Source: a virus
Virus record (IMG/VR): IMGVR_UViG_3300032157_000017
Coordinates: 1-48,305 of that record
Length of the DNA stretch: 48,305 nt
Direction: 5' to 3' (one strand)
Shown here: positions 15,029 to 22,469 of the stretch, piece by piece
Position numbering within the stretch: position 1 is the first letter of the stretch
How the letters are laid out: the number at the start of each line of letters is the position of its first letter
Translations under genes and position numbers: made by a program
The notes under the pieces: model-generated
What the model saw: only the letters and a program-made list of their open reading frames with translations
Databases searched by the model: none
Told to the model about the DNA's origin: nothing

Positions 15029-15229
15029 TGTCCCTCTGCGTCACCCACACCCGCCGCCCGTCCCCGTCCATCCCCTCCTTCCCGCCCCGAGCCACGTACC
15101 GAAATGTGGCGGGGCGCGACACGCACCCTATACACTTTCGACACGGGGTGTCTACATGTCGACGCGGTTGGACGTCTGGGGACGCAGACGGACGCTATCG
15201 GCGCCAGGACGGCGTCAGAGGAGGCCAGG

Positions 15230-15586
15230 ATGGGCGGAGAGAGACCAGAGGGTCGGGCGAAGTACCTGCGGGTGCGGCCGGGGGAAGGTGTGGGCAATGG
15301 TGCGGCAGAGAACGACACGACGCCTGCGTTCACGGTGACGCGGGGGGAGCTCCGGGCGTTGGTGGCCGAGGCCGTCGCCGAGGCGCTCGAAGCAGAGCGG
15401 CCGGGGCCGCCGGCGCTGCTCACGCGCCAGCAGCTGGCGAGCGTGTTCGGCTGCAGCCCGAGCCTCATCGACAAGTTCTTGCGGCAGGGGCTGCCGTGCA
15501 TTCGGCTCGGCGACAGCCCGAGGTTTCAGGTCGAGGCTGCGCTCGAGTGGCTGCGCTCGGGCGAGCGCAAGGCAGGTGGGGCGTGA
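15230..15586 (+). CDS. Excisionase/MerR-type HTH protein (118 aa), Xis-like by position
   Basis: Internal ATG 15230 with GAGGAGG 5-6 nt upstream. C-terminal LLTRQQLASVFGCSPSLIDKFLRQGLPCIRLGDSPRFQVEAALEWL fits the excisionase-family HTH pattern. Confidence 0.65.
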   Translation: MGGERPEGRAKYLRVRPGEGVGNGAAENDTTPAFTVTRGELRALVAEAVAEALEAERPGPPALLTRQQLASVFGCSPSLIDKFLRQGLPCIRLGDSPRFQVEAALEWLRSGERKAGGA

Positions 15587-15765
15587 GCCCCGAGCAGGCG
15601 CGCGCGGTGCTGAAGCGCGAGGGCTGGAACTTCCTCGACCTGTTCGGACTGGTCGAGGCCTTCGCCGAGCTGACGGACGGCGGGCTCGACGCGAGGAGTC
15701 CTCGCGTGCGCGTGGTCATCAAACGGCTACCGCTGCGCAAGCGGACGAAGAAGGTGAAGCCGTGA
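15583..15765 (+). CDS. Hypothetical small basic-tailed protein (60 aa) directly upstream of int
   Basis: GTG 15583 in a GTGA overlap (read). SPEQARAVLKREGWNFLDLFGLVEAFAELTDGG...KRTKKVKP. Confidence 0.55.
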   Translation: MSPEQARAVLKREGWNFLDLFGLVEAFAELTDGGLDARSPRVRVVIKRLPLRKRTKKVKP

Positions 15766-17423
15766 CCGAGAAGCGTGGACCCGGTCGGCCCCGCACGGCC
15801 ACGCCGAAGCGCACGAAGGAGGGCCACTCGGCGCGCGTGTGGGTCGAGTGCGAGGGCGAGAAGGTGCGCACGACGGTGAAGCTCGGCACGAAGAGCCGAA
15901 TCGTGGCGCGGGCGCGCTCCAAACGCGTGCTCGCGGGGGAGGCGCCGGAGCTCGTGGCGGAGAAGAGCGAGAGCTTCGAGAGCGCGGCGCGCCGGTGGCT
16001 CGAGGCGAGCGCGGTGAAGGATCGGAAGCGGATGCTCGGGCGCCTGTCGAACCACGCCTTCCCGGTGATTGGGCAGATCCCGGTGAGTGAGCTGACGAGC
16101 GTGCACATCTTCGACGTGCTCGAGGACGTGGCGGGCAAGGTCGGGGGCTGGACGGGCAGCGTGCGCAACGTGCGCGACGCGATCAGCAAGGTGCTCGGGC
16201 TCCTCGTCGCGCGCCGGGTGCTGGACGTGAACGAGGCGCTGCGGATCAAGCTCAAGGGCAAGGACTCGCTCGGGGGCAAGCGCCTGCGCAAGGTCCGCCC
16301 GCCCCGAGCGGTGCTCACGGATGGGGAGTTCGAGCCGTTCCTCGCGTGGCTGGTGGTGGAGACGGAGCATGCGCACCCGGGCCGGGCGCGCCGGGCGCTC
16401 GAGGATGTGACGCTCTACTTTTCGGCGCGCGTGTTCGGGATGCGGTCGAGCGATGCGTTCTCGTGGCGGTGGGAGATGATCGAGCTCGGCGCGTTTGGCG
16501 ACGCGTACGTGCCGCGGCAGAAGACGGAGGGGCACCTGCTCGACGACGAGGACGAGGCCGAGGACGAGGCGTTGGTGCTCGAGCGGTGGCGGGACGAGCC
16601 GCGTGCGGCGATCCCCGAGGGGCTCGCGGGGTGGCTTCGGCTGTGGTGGGAGGCGAGCGGGCGACCCGAGGAGGGGTTCGTGTGGCCGGTGAGGCAGGGG
16701 GCGCGGGCTGGGGGGAAGAGGACGGCGGGGGCCCATGCCTTGCGGCTGCGGCGCCGGCTGTGGCAGGCGGGGGTGAGCCGAGCGCGCCCTGGGGTCACGG
16801 AGGTGAAGAGCCCCGCCGACTGCGTGCTGCAGACGGGCATCGCGCGGCGCATGAGCCCGGTCGACTTCCATTCGTTCCGGCGGGCGGCGGCGACGGCGGC
16901 GGGCAAGGCGGCGGCGGCGGGGCAGCTGAGCCTGCGGGAGGCGATGCTACTGACGCACCACAGCGATCCGGCGGTGTTTGCGCGGTATCAGGCGAGGGAG
17001 GAGCGCATCGTGGTTCCGGAAAGTTCCGTCCCGGCAATAGTGGCAGCGCCGGAGGCATTATCCCGAGTGGTTAAACACAGTCGGCAGCCAAAAACGGCTG
17101 TCAGTGAAGGCAAGGAGGCCGAAGTGAGGAGTGGTCCACCAACTTCTGAGGGCATCGATACCCCTGTTTTTAAGCCGTTTTCGCCTACGGCGAGTACCCC
17201 CGTAGGCGTCGTACAACCCCATAAAACGACCGACTGCCATTATTCGCTGCCAGTATTCGAGAGCCTCGCCGAGGTGCTCGAGTTCGCCGTGCAGCTCGCC
17301 ATGCGCGAAGGCGACATGAGCAGCGCGAAGGCGCTCCTCGACGTCGCTGAACGTCGCCGCGCTACCTTGCCCGACAACGTCCGACCCCTCGCACCGTCAG
17401 CGCGCAAGGGAGGCAAGCCGTGA
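15762..17423 (+). CDS. int: Tyrosine recombinase / phage integrase (553 aa)
   Basis: GTG 15762 in a GTGA overlap (read); the track ORF starts earlier at 15576. Catalytic-type motifs ARVFGMRSSD (Arg), HSFRR (H-x-x-R) and THHSDPAVFARY (His...Tyr). About 140 aa follow the Tyr. Confidence 0.85.
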   Translation: MTEKRGPGRPRTATPKRTKEGHSARVWVECEGEKVRTTVKLGTKSRIVARARSKRVLAGEAPELVAEKSESFESAARRWLEASAVKDRKRMLGRLSNHAFPVIGQIPVSELTSVHIFDVLEDVAGKVGGWTGSVRNVRDAISKVLGLLVARRVLDVNEALRIKLKGKDSLGGKRLRKVRPPRAVLTDGEFEPFLAWLVVETEHAHPGRARRALEDVTLYFSARVFGMRSSDAFSWRWEMIELGAFGDAYVPRQKTEGHLLDDEDEAEDEALVLERWRDEPRAAIPEGLAGWLRLWWEASGRPEEGFVWPVRQGARAGGKRTAGAHALRLRRRLWQAGVSRARPGVTEVKSPADCVLQTGIARRMSPVDFHSFRRAAATAAGKAAAAGQLSLREAMLLTHHSDPAVFARYQAREERIVVPESSVPAIVAAPEALSRVVKHSRQPKTAVSEGKEAEVRSGPPTSEGIDTPVFKPFSPTASTPVGVVQPHKTTDCHYSLPVFESLAEVLEFAVQLAMREGDMSSAKALLDVAERRRATLPDNVRPLAPSARKGGKP

Positions 17424-17683
17424 GCTGCGACCACAAGTTCGTCGACTCGAACGTCTGCCTGAAGTGCGGCGTCAGCATCGGCGCCCTGCTCGACCAAGAC
17501 CGCGGCGAGCTCGTCGGTATCGTCCAGAAGCAGAAGCTCGAGCTCGCCAAGCTCCGCGACGCGTTCGACGACGCCGTCGCGCTGCTGCGGGACTGGGAGG
17601 ACTACGACCCCGACGACGAACAGTGCGGCTGGGAGAAGCGGCGCGACGAGTTCCTCGCCGAGCACGAGGAGGCGGGGCGATGA
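17420..17683 (+). CDS. Hypothetical protein with an N-terminal zinc-ribbon-like motif (87 aa)
   Basis: Track ORF whose start overlaps the int stop. CDHKFVDSNVCLKCG followed by an acidic coiled-coil region. Confidence 0.65.
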   Translation: MSCDHKFVDSNVCLKCGVSIGALLDQDRGELVGIVQKQKLELAKLRDAFDDAVALLRDWEDYDPDDEQCGWEKRRDEFLAEHEEAGR

Positions 17684-17841
17684 GTTCAGCCTCCGAAGCG
17701 AACGCCGTCGGCATCTGCATCACCGGATGCAGCGTCGCCGTCGCGCTGCTCGCGGAAAGCCTATGGGTCGGCCTCGCCTCGCTCTTCGGCTTGGCGCTCG
17801 TCGACTTCTGGATCGAGTCCTTGCAGCGGAGGCAGCGGTGA
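17680..17841 (+). CDS. Small membrane protein (53 aa)
   Basis: Internal ATG 17680 (ATGA overlap). VGICITGCSVAVALLAESLWVGLASLFGLALVDFWI. Confidence 0.55.
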   Translation: MSSASEANAVGICITGCSVAVALLAESLWVGLASLFGLALVDFWIESLQRRQR

Positions 17842-18044
17842 GCACCGCGCACGACTGGCTCCGGCGCGACGGGATGACCGTGCGCGAGATCGCCAAGGCC
17901 CTGAAGATTTCAACCAACCGCGTCAAGCAGCTCGAGCACCGCGCCATCGCGAAGGTGCGGCAGAACCCCCGCCTGCTCCGGCGCCTGTTCGAGTTCGTCG
18001 ACTTCGATTGCGACGTCCAGCCACCCCAGAGGTCCCCTCGATGA
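17838..18044 (+). CDS. Stand-alone sigma-70 region-4 / LuxR-type HTH protein (68 aa)
   Basis: GTG 17838 in a GTGA overlap (read). MTVREIAKALKISTNRVKQLEHRAIAKVRQ matches the region 4.2 pattern (..EIA..lgiS...VrQi..RAl.KLR). Confidence 0.6.
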   Translation: MSTAHDWLRRDGMTVREIAKALKISTNRVKQLEHRAIAKVRQNPRLLRRLFEFVDFDCDVQPPQRSPR

Positions 18045-19117
18045 GGCACCAGTACACCCCCGTCTTCCGAGAGTTCACCACCAGCAGCATGTGGGCCGAG
18101 ACGCCCGCCACGCGCTGCGTCTGGCTGTACCTGCTCTTGCACGCCGACCCCGAGGGCTTCGTCCCCGGCACCGTGCCGGGCCTCGCCGTCGCCGCCAACG
18201 TCGCGCTCGACGACACCCGCTCCGCCGTCGAGAAGTTCATGGCGCCCGACCCCGACTCGAACAGCCAGAGCCACGAGGGGCGCCGCCTCCAGAAGGTCCC
18301 CCACGGCTGGCGCATCCTGAACTTCGAATACTGGCGCGAGCTCGCCCGACGCGAGGCCGAGAAGGCGCGCAAGCGGCGCTACATCAACGCGCGGCGTCGC
18401 GCCGAGAACGACACCGCCCCTCTCGAACCCGAAGATGTAGACGCACTGTCGACGGACGTAGACGCGAGTAGCGAAAGGCTAGACGCACCCAAACCGAAAC
18501 CCAAACCGGATCTTTCTTCATCTTCATCATCAACGGGCAGCGACGCACAGGTCGAACCTGTGGAGAGCCGCTCGCTCGTGCTCAAGGAACTGCCCGCCGA
18601 CATGGTGCTGCCCGAGCACCTCGCCGACGAAGCGCGCCAGGCGGGCGTCGCCGACCCGCACCGCTGGTTCGGTAAGCTCAAGGAGGGTCCGATCGGCGGC
18701 GAGCGCGGCGTGCTCGCTCACCAGCTCGAGAGCTACCTGCGGCGCCTGTTCGGTAGCTGGCGAACCTGGGAAGAGACGGAGCGGGCGAAGGATGCCCAAC
18801 GCTCCGCCGCTGCGGCCTCTCCCAGGCGCTTCGGAGACAAGCCCGTCCCCACCGACCCCTTCGACCCCGAGCCCCGCCACGAGGCGTTTGCGCGCCAGCA
18901 CGGACTCGACCTCGAAGCTCTGCTGAAGGGTGTGCTCGCTGACCACCCGCAACCACTCGTTGCCCCGCTCTCGAGACGCGCGGTGCTCGGCGAGCGGCTC
19001 ACGGTCGCCGCCAAGCAGAAGAAGATGGGGCAGCCCGTGACCGGCAAGCTCACCGCCGCGCAGACCGCCGCCTGGGGCCCCGTGCCTCCCGGCGGCGCCA
19101 TCCCGGAGGTCGCGTGA
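18041..19117 (+). CDS. Putative replication initiator/organiser (358 aa); function tentative
   Basis: ATG 18041 in an ATGA overlap (read). N-terminal domain MRHQYTPVFREFTTSSMWAE...VWLYLLLHADPEGFV, then an acidic/Ser-rich linker. It lies next to the J-domain and recombination genes. Confidence 0.45.
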   Translation: MRHQYTPVFREFTTSSMWAETPATRCVWLYLLLHADPEGFVPGTVPGLAVAANVALDDTRSAVEKFMAPDPDSNSQSHEGRRLQKVPHGWRILNFEYWRELARREAEKARKRRYINARRRAENDTAPLEPEDVDALSTDVDASSERLDAPKPKPKPDLSSSSSSTGSDAQVEPVESRSLVLKELPADMVLPEHLADEARQAGVADPHRWFGKLKEGPIGGERGVLAHQLESYLRRLFGSWRTWEETERAKDAQRSAAAASPRRFGDKPVPTDPFDPEPRHEAFARQHGLDLEALLKGVLADHPQPLVAPLSRRAVLGERLTVAAKQKKMGQPVTGKLTAAQTAAWGPVPPGGAIPEVA

Positions 19118-19698
19118 CCACGCCCATCGAAGCCTGCCCCCTCACGTGGCCCGAAGGGTGGCCGCGTCGCCCCGACCATCGGCGGGAGTCGTCTCGGTAC
19201 GAGGTCACCTTCCTGAAAGCTCGAGACCATCTCGTCCGGCAGATCGAACTCGCTGGAGGCAGGCATGTCGTCATCAGTACGAACGTCCCGCTGCGGCGCG
19301 ACGGCCTGCCGCTCGCGAACATGAGCGAGCCGAAGGACCCCGGCGTCGCCGCGTACTGGACGGACCGCAAGAACAAGCCGCGCGTCATCGCCTGCGATCA
19401 CTGGCGCAAGGTGCGCGACAACCTCCGGGCCGTGGGGCTCACCGTCGAGGCGCTCCGGAGCATCGAGCGCGCCGGGGCGACGGAACTGCTCGAGCGGGCC
19501 TTCAGCGGGTTCGCGGCGCTGCCGCCGCCGGCTGACCATTGGGGCATACTCGGGCTCGAGCGAGGAGCGAGTCGCTCGGCGGTTACCCAGCGCTACCACG
19601 AACTCGCCGGGCGCAATCACCCAGACAAGGGCGGATCCAACGAGCAGATGGCGCGCATCAATGCCGCTTACCGCCAAGCCATTCAGGAGGTCGCGTGA
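19114..19698 (+). CDS. J-domain (DnaJ-like) protein with an unknown N-terminal domain (194 aa)
   Basis: Track ORF with GTG in a GTGA overlap (read). C-terminal HWGILGLERGASRSAVTQRYHELAGRNHPDKGGSNEQMARINAAYRQA contains the HPD tripeptide. Confidence 0.8.
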   Translation: MTTPIEACPLTWPEGWPRRPDHRRESSRYEVTFLKARDHLVRQIELAGGRHVVISTNVPLRRDGLPLANMSEPKDPGVAAYWTDRKNKPRVIACDHWRKVRDNLRAVGLTVEALRSIERAGATELLERAFSGFAALPPPADHWGILGLERGASRSAVTQRYHELAGRNHPDKGGSNEQMARINAAYRQAIQEVA

Positions 19699-19949
19699 GC
19701 GGGCCGACGCCGCCGCAGAAACGGGTGCTGAAGTTCATCGCGCAGTCGGTGCGCGACCGGGGGTTCCCCCCGACGCTGCGCGAGATATGCGACCACATCG
19801 GCGCGACCAGCACCCACGCCGCCTATCAACACGTCCTCGGCCTCGTCCGGCGAGGGCTCATCACGAAGTCAGCAACGAAGAGCCGCGGGCTCGCGCTCAC
19901 CGAAGCGGGGCGCGACGAGCTCGTCTACCTCAAAGCGGAGGGCGCATGA
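19695..19949 (+). CDS. Second LexA N-terminal-domain-like winged-helix protein with no peptidase domain (84 aa)
   Basis: GTG 19695 in a GTGA overlap (read). PPQKRVLKFIAQSVRDRGFPPTLREICDHIGATSTHAAYQHVLGLVRRGLITKSATKSRGLAL aligns by eye with E. coli LexA residues about 5-70. Confidence 0.7.
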   Translation: MSGPTPPQKRVLKFIAQSVRDRGFPPTLREICDHIGATSTHAAYQHVLGLVRRGLITKSATKSRGLALTEAGRDELVYLKAEGA

Positions 19950-20245
19950 TGCCCACGATCCGAGTCCACCCGATCCACACGAGCTACTCGTTCCAGAACG
20001 CGAAGAAGGGCGAGGTCTTCACCATCGAACTCGACGGGCTGCGTTGGCCGCTCGAGCTGCGGCAGCGGCCGCCGCGCGTGCGCCTGCTCGAAGACGGCAA
20101 GCGCTGCTCGGCGCCGGTGCTCTGCGAGATACTCGACCCCTGGCCGAACGCCCCCTCCTACTACCCGCCCGAATGGGCCCCCGGCGCCGGGCCCGCCCCA
20201 TTCGGGAGCCTCTACGAGCAGTGCCCCTATTGGGGGCGGCGTTAG
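19946..20245 (+). CDS. Hypothetical protein (99 aa)
   Basis: Internal ATG 19946 (ATGA overlap). MMPTIRVHPIHTSYSFQNAKKGEVFTIELDGLRWPLEL... Confidence 0.6.
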   Translation: MMPTIRVHPIHTSYSFQNAKKGEVFTIELDGLRWPLELRQRPPRVRLLEDGKRCSAPVLCEILDPWPNAPSYYPPEWAPGAGPAPFGSLYEQCPYWGRR

Positions 20246-20276
20246 TGCGTCTCTACATTGACAAGGTCAATCACTC

Positions 20277-20546
20277 ATGGGACAAGACAGGAAAGCCGTG
20301 AACCAGTTCCGCGAGCACAAGGTGAGAGCGCAGTTCCAGCGGAAGCTCGAACAGCTGCACTTCGAGCTCAGCGTCGAGAGCCCCCGCCGCGTGCTCGACT
20401 ACCTCATCGACCACCTCGAAGACCTCCACGCTCAGCTCACCCCCACGGTGCTGAGCGAGTCGTTCAAGGACCAGCTCGAACGCGCCAAGACGCGCGTCTC
20501 CAAACGCCACAACCTCCGCCTCATCCAAGGACCCCGCCATGTATGA
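20277..20546 (+). CDS. Hypothetical helical protein (89 aa; more likely 82 aa from GTG 20298)
   Basis: Track ORF. No SD precedes ATG 20277, whereas AGGAA lies about 5 nt before GTG 20298. Confidence 0.65.
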   Translation: MGQDRKAVNQFREHKVRAQFQRKLEQLHFELSVESPRRVLDYLIDHLEDLHAQLTPTVLSESFKDQLERAKTRVSKRHNLRLIQGPRHV

Positions 20547-22266
20547 ATCCATCGCCCTCGTCGATGTCTCGTGTCTCTTCAAGCGCACGTTCGAAGCGAA
20601 CCCGAACGCGGGCGCGCGCAACACCCTCGACCAGATCGTCTCTATCGAGGGGCGCGTCGGCCACGTCATCCTCTGCCTCGACGCCCCACCCTACTCGCGC
20701 AAGGACATCTTCCCCGACTACAAGGCGCACCGCGAGGAGCCGACGACCACCGAGGTCTACCAGAAGCGCGAACTCTACCAGATGCTCAAGGACCGCGACT
20801 ACCCGATGGCGCGCCTGAAGGGCGCCGAGGCCGACGACGTCATCGCGACGCTCGCGCGCATCTACGGCGAGACCACGGCCACGGTCTGGCTCGTCGGCGC
20901 CGACAAGGATCTCGCCCAGTGCGTGACCGAGAACGTGCTGCAGCTCGTCCCCTCCCAGGGCTCGAGGGTGGAGCACTTCCGCGGCCCCGTGCAGGTGAAG
21001 GAGAAGTTCGAGGTCACGCCCGACCAGATGCCGCTCTATCTCGCATTGGTCGGTGACAAGAGCGACAACATCCCCGGCGTCAAGGGCATCGGTCCGGTGA
21101 AAGCCGCCGGGCTCATTGGCGAGTTCAAGACGCTGGTCGGCATCGCCGAGAACCTGAACCGCATCGGCGGCCAGGTGGGCAAGGCGCTCGCCGAGGGCTG
21201 GGAGCAGCTCGTCCTGTCGCTCAAGCTCACGACGCTCGACGCGCGGCTGCCGCTCGATCACCAGGCGCTGCTCGCGAAGGGAGAGCCCAAGGCGCCCGAG
21301 CCGCCGGCGCCGAAGGAGGAAGAGTTCGAGGGCTTCACGGGCAACGAGACTCCGATGCCGGCAAGCATGCCCGATCACGATTACCCCGAGGTTACCGGGT
21401 ACGAGCCCGGTGAGCGCGAGCGGAGCGTCGCCGCCGAGCGCGCGAAGCTCGACGTGCTGACGAAGCCCGAGCCCATCATCGGCAAGGACCCTCGCGCCGA
21501 CGAGTTCCTGCGCCAGGAGGCCGCTGCCCGCGAGCAGATGCGGCAGTCGAGCACGCGCGCCGCCGAGGACCTGCACGAGCACGAGCACAAGCGCGGGCGC
21601 AACGCCGAGCGCGTCGCCGAGGAGGCGCACGAGCGCGAGCAGCAGCAGGAGGAGCAGTGGCGCCGCGAGCAGCGCGCCGAGCAGGCGGCGACGAGCAACG
21701 CCGCCCAGCCGCCGCTCGCTCCCGCGCCTCGCCCCACCGTCGTGGCGATGCCTGGCCCCGCCAAGGCCACCCTGCGCGGGCTCGCGCTTCTTCGTGCCCC
21801 GTTCGAGAGCCGCCAGATCAGCAAGCTCCCGAAGGGCTCGAAGGAGCAGAACAATTGCCCCTACAACGAGAAGCGGAGCTGCAACGTGTGCGGCGGCTTC
21901 CATCACCCGAAGATGATTCACCTCGACTACGTCGGGCACGCCGCGCTCACCGACCGCCTGCTCGAGGCCGACCCGCTCTGGTCGTGGGAGCCGATGTGCT
22001 TCGCCCCCAATGGCCTGCCGCTCTTCGACCAGACCGGCGGGCTCTGGATTCGTCTCACGGTCTGCGGCGTCACGCGCCTCGGCTACGGGCACGCGCCGAG
22101 CAAGCAGTTTCAAGAGCCGGGCGCGCGCGAGAAAGAGATCATTGGAGACGCCTTGCGCAACGCCGCCATGCGCTTCGGCGCCGCGCTCGACCTTTGGCAC
22201 AAGGGCGACGACCTGCATGACGAGGACTGGGACGCGGCCGCCGCCTGGCAGGGGGTGGGCGCGTGA
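20539..22266 (+). CDS. Fusion protein: N-terminal FEN-type 5'-3' exonuclease (PIN + H3TH) plus a C-terminal Rad52/Sak-like single-strand annealing domain (575 aa)
   Basis: N-terminal: GAEADDVIATLA, GADKDLAQC, LVGDKSDNIPGVKGIGPVKAAGLI (Pol I 5'-exo/FEN signatures). A charged linker of about 180 aa follows. C-terminal: LRAPFESRQISKLPK...IHLDYVGHAALTDRLLEADPLWSWEP...GLWIRLTVCGVTRLGYGH...KEIIGDALRNAAMRFGAALDLW (Rad52-like SSAP pattern, by recollection). It is a single uninterrupted ORF. Confidence 0.75.
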   Translation: MYESIALVDVSCLFKRTFEANPNAGARNTLDQIVSIEGRVGHVILCLDAPPYSRKDIFPDYKAHREEPTTTEVYQKRELYQMLKDRDYPMARLKGAEADDVIATLARIYGETTATVWLVGADKDLAQCVTENVLQLVPSQGSRVEHFRGPVQVKEKFEVTPDQMPLYLALVGDKSDNIPGVKGIGPVKAAGLIGEFKTLVGIAENLNRIGGQVGKALAEGWEQLVLSLKLTTLDARLPLDHQALLAKGEPKAPEPPAPKEEEFEGFTGNETPMPASMPDHDYPEVTGYEPGERERSVAAERAKLDVLTKPEPIIGKDPRADEFLRQEAAAREQMRQSSTRAAEDLHEHEHKRGRNAERVAEEAHEREQQQEEQWRREQRAEQAATSNAAQPPLAPAPRPTVVAMPGPAKATLRGLALLRAPFESRQISKLPKGSKEQNNCPYNEKRSCNVCGGFHHPKMIHLDYVGHAALTDRLLEADPLWSWEPMCFAPNGLPLFDQTGGLWIRLTVCGVTRLGYGHAPSKQFQEPGAREKEIIGDALRNAAMRFGAALDLWHKGDDLHDEDWDAAAAWQGVGA

Positions 22267-22469
22267 AGGCTTCGTCGGTCACGAGCACGAAGGTCAGCGT
22301 GCACATATCGGAGAAGGAACTCGTCGAACTCGTGCGCGCGGGGGGGATTCACGTCCCCGCCGACATGTCCGTCGACTGCTATGCGGCGCCGTTCGATACG
22401 GAGTTCGACCCCGACGGCGGGGGCATCATCGTGGAGTGGTCCGAAGAGCATGCCCCGAAGCAAGGCTGA
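22263..22469 (+). CDS. Hypothetical acidic protein (68 aa)
   Basis: Track ORF with GTG in a GTGA overlap (read). Confidence 0.6.
   Translation: MKASSVTSTKVSVHISEKELVELVRAGGIHVPADMSVDCYAAPFDTEFDPDGGGIIVEWSEEHAPKQG

Noticed and set aside
15021-15229. attP in the long C/P-rich leader upstream of the xis-like gene
   Set aside because: I could find no repeat structure or inverted core there, so nothing supports it. The int-internal patch (17050-17265) and the 6450-6900 gap are better candidates.
15465-16871. 468-aa minus-strand ORF opposite the integrase
   Set aside because: It is an antisense shadow of the integrase gene, extremely R/P/L/H-rich.
17058-17240. 60-aa minus-strand ORF inside the low-GC patch of int
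   Set aside because: It has no SD and an odd composition. It is explained by the local loss of GC3 bias in the int frame, and the patch is better interpreted as a cis-acting site.
20521-22218. 565-aa minus-strand ORF opposite the FEN-annealase gene
   Set aside because: It is an antisense shadow. The plus-strand frame carries unambiguous FEN/H3TH motifs, and this frame is R/L/A/G-rich.
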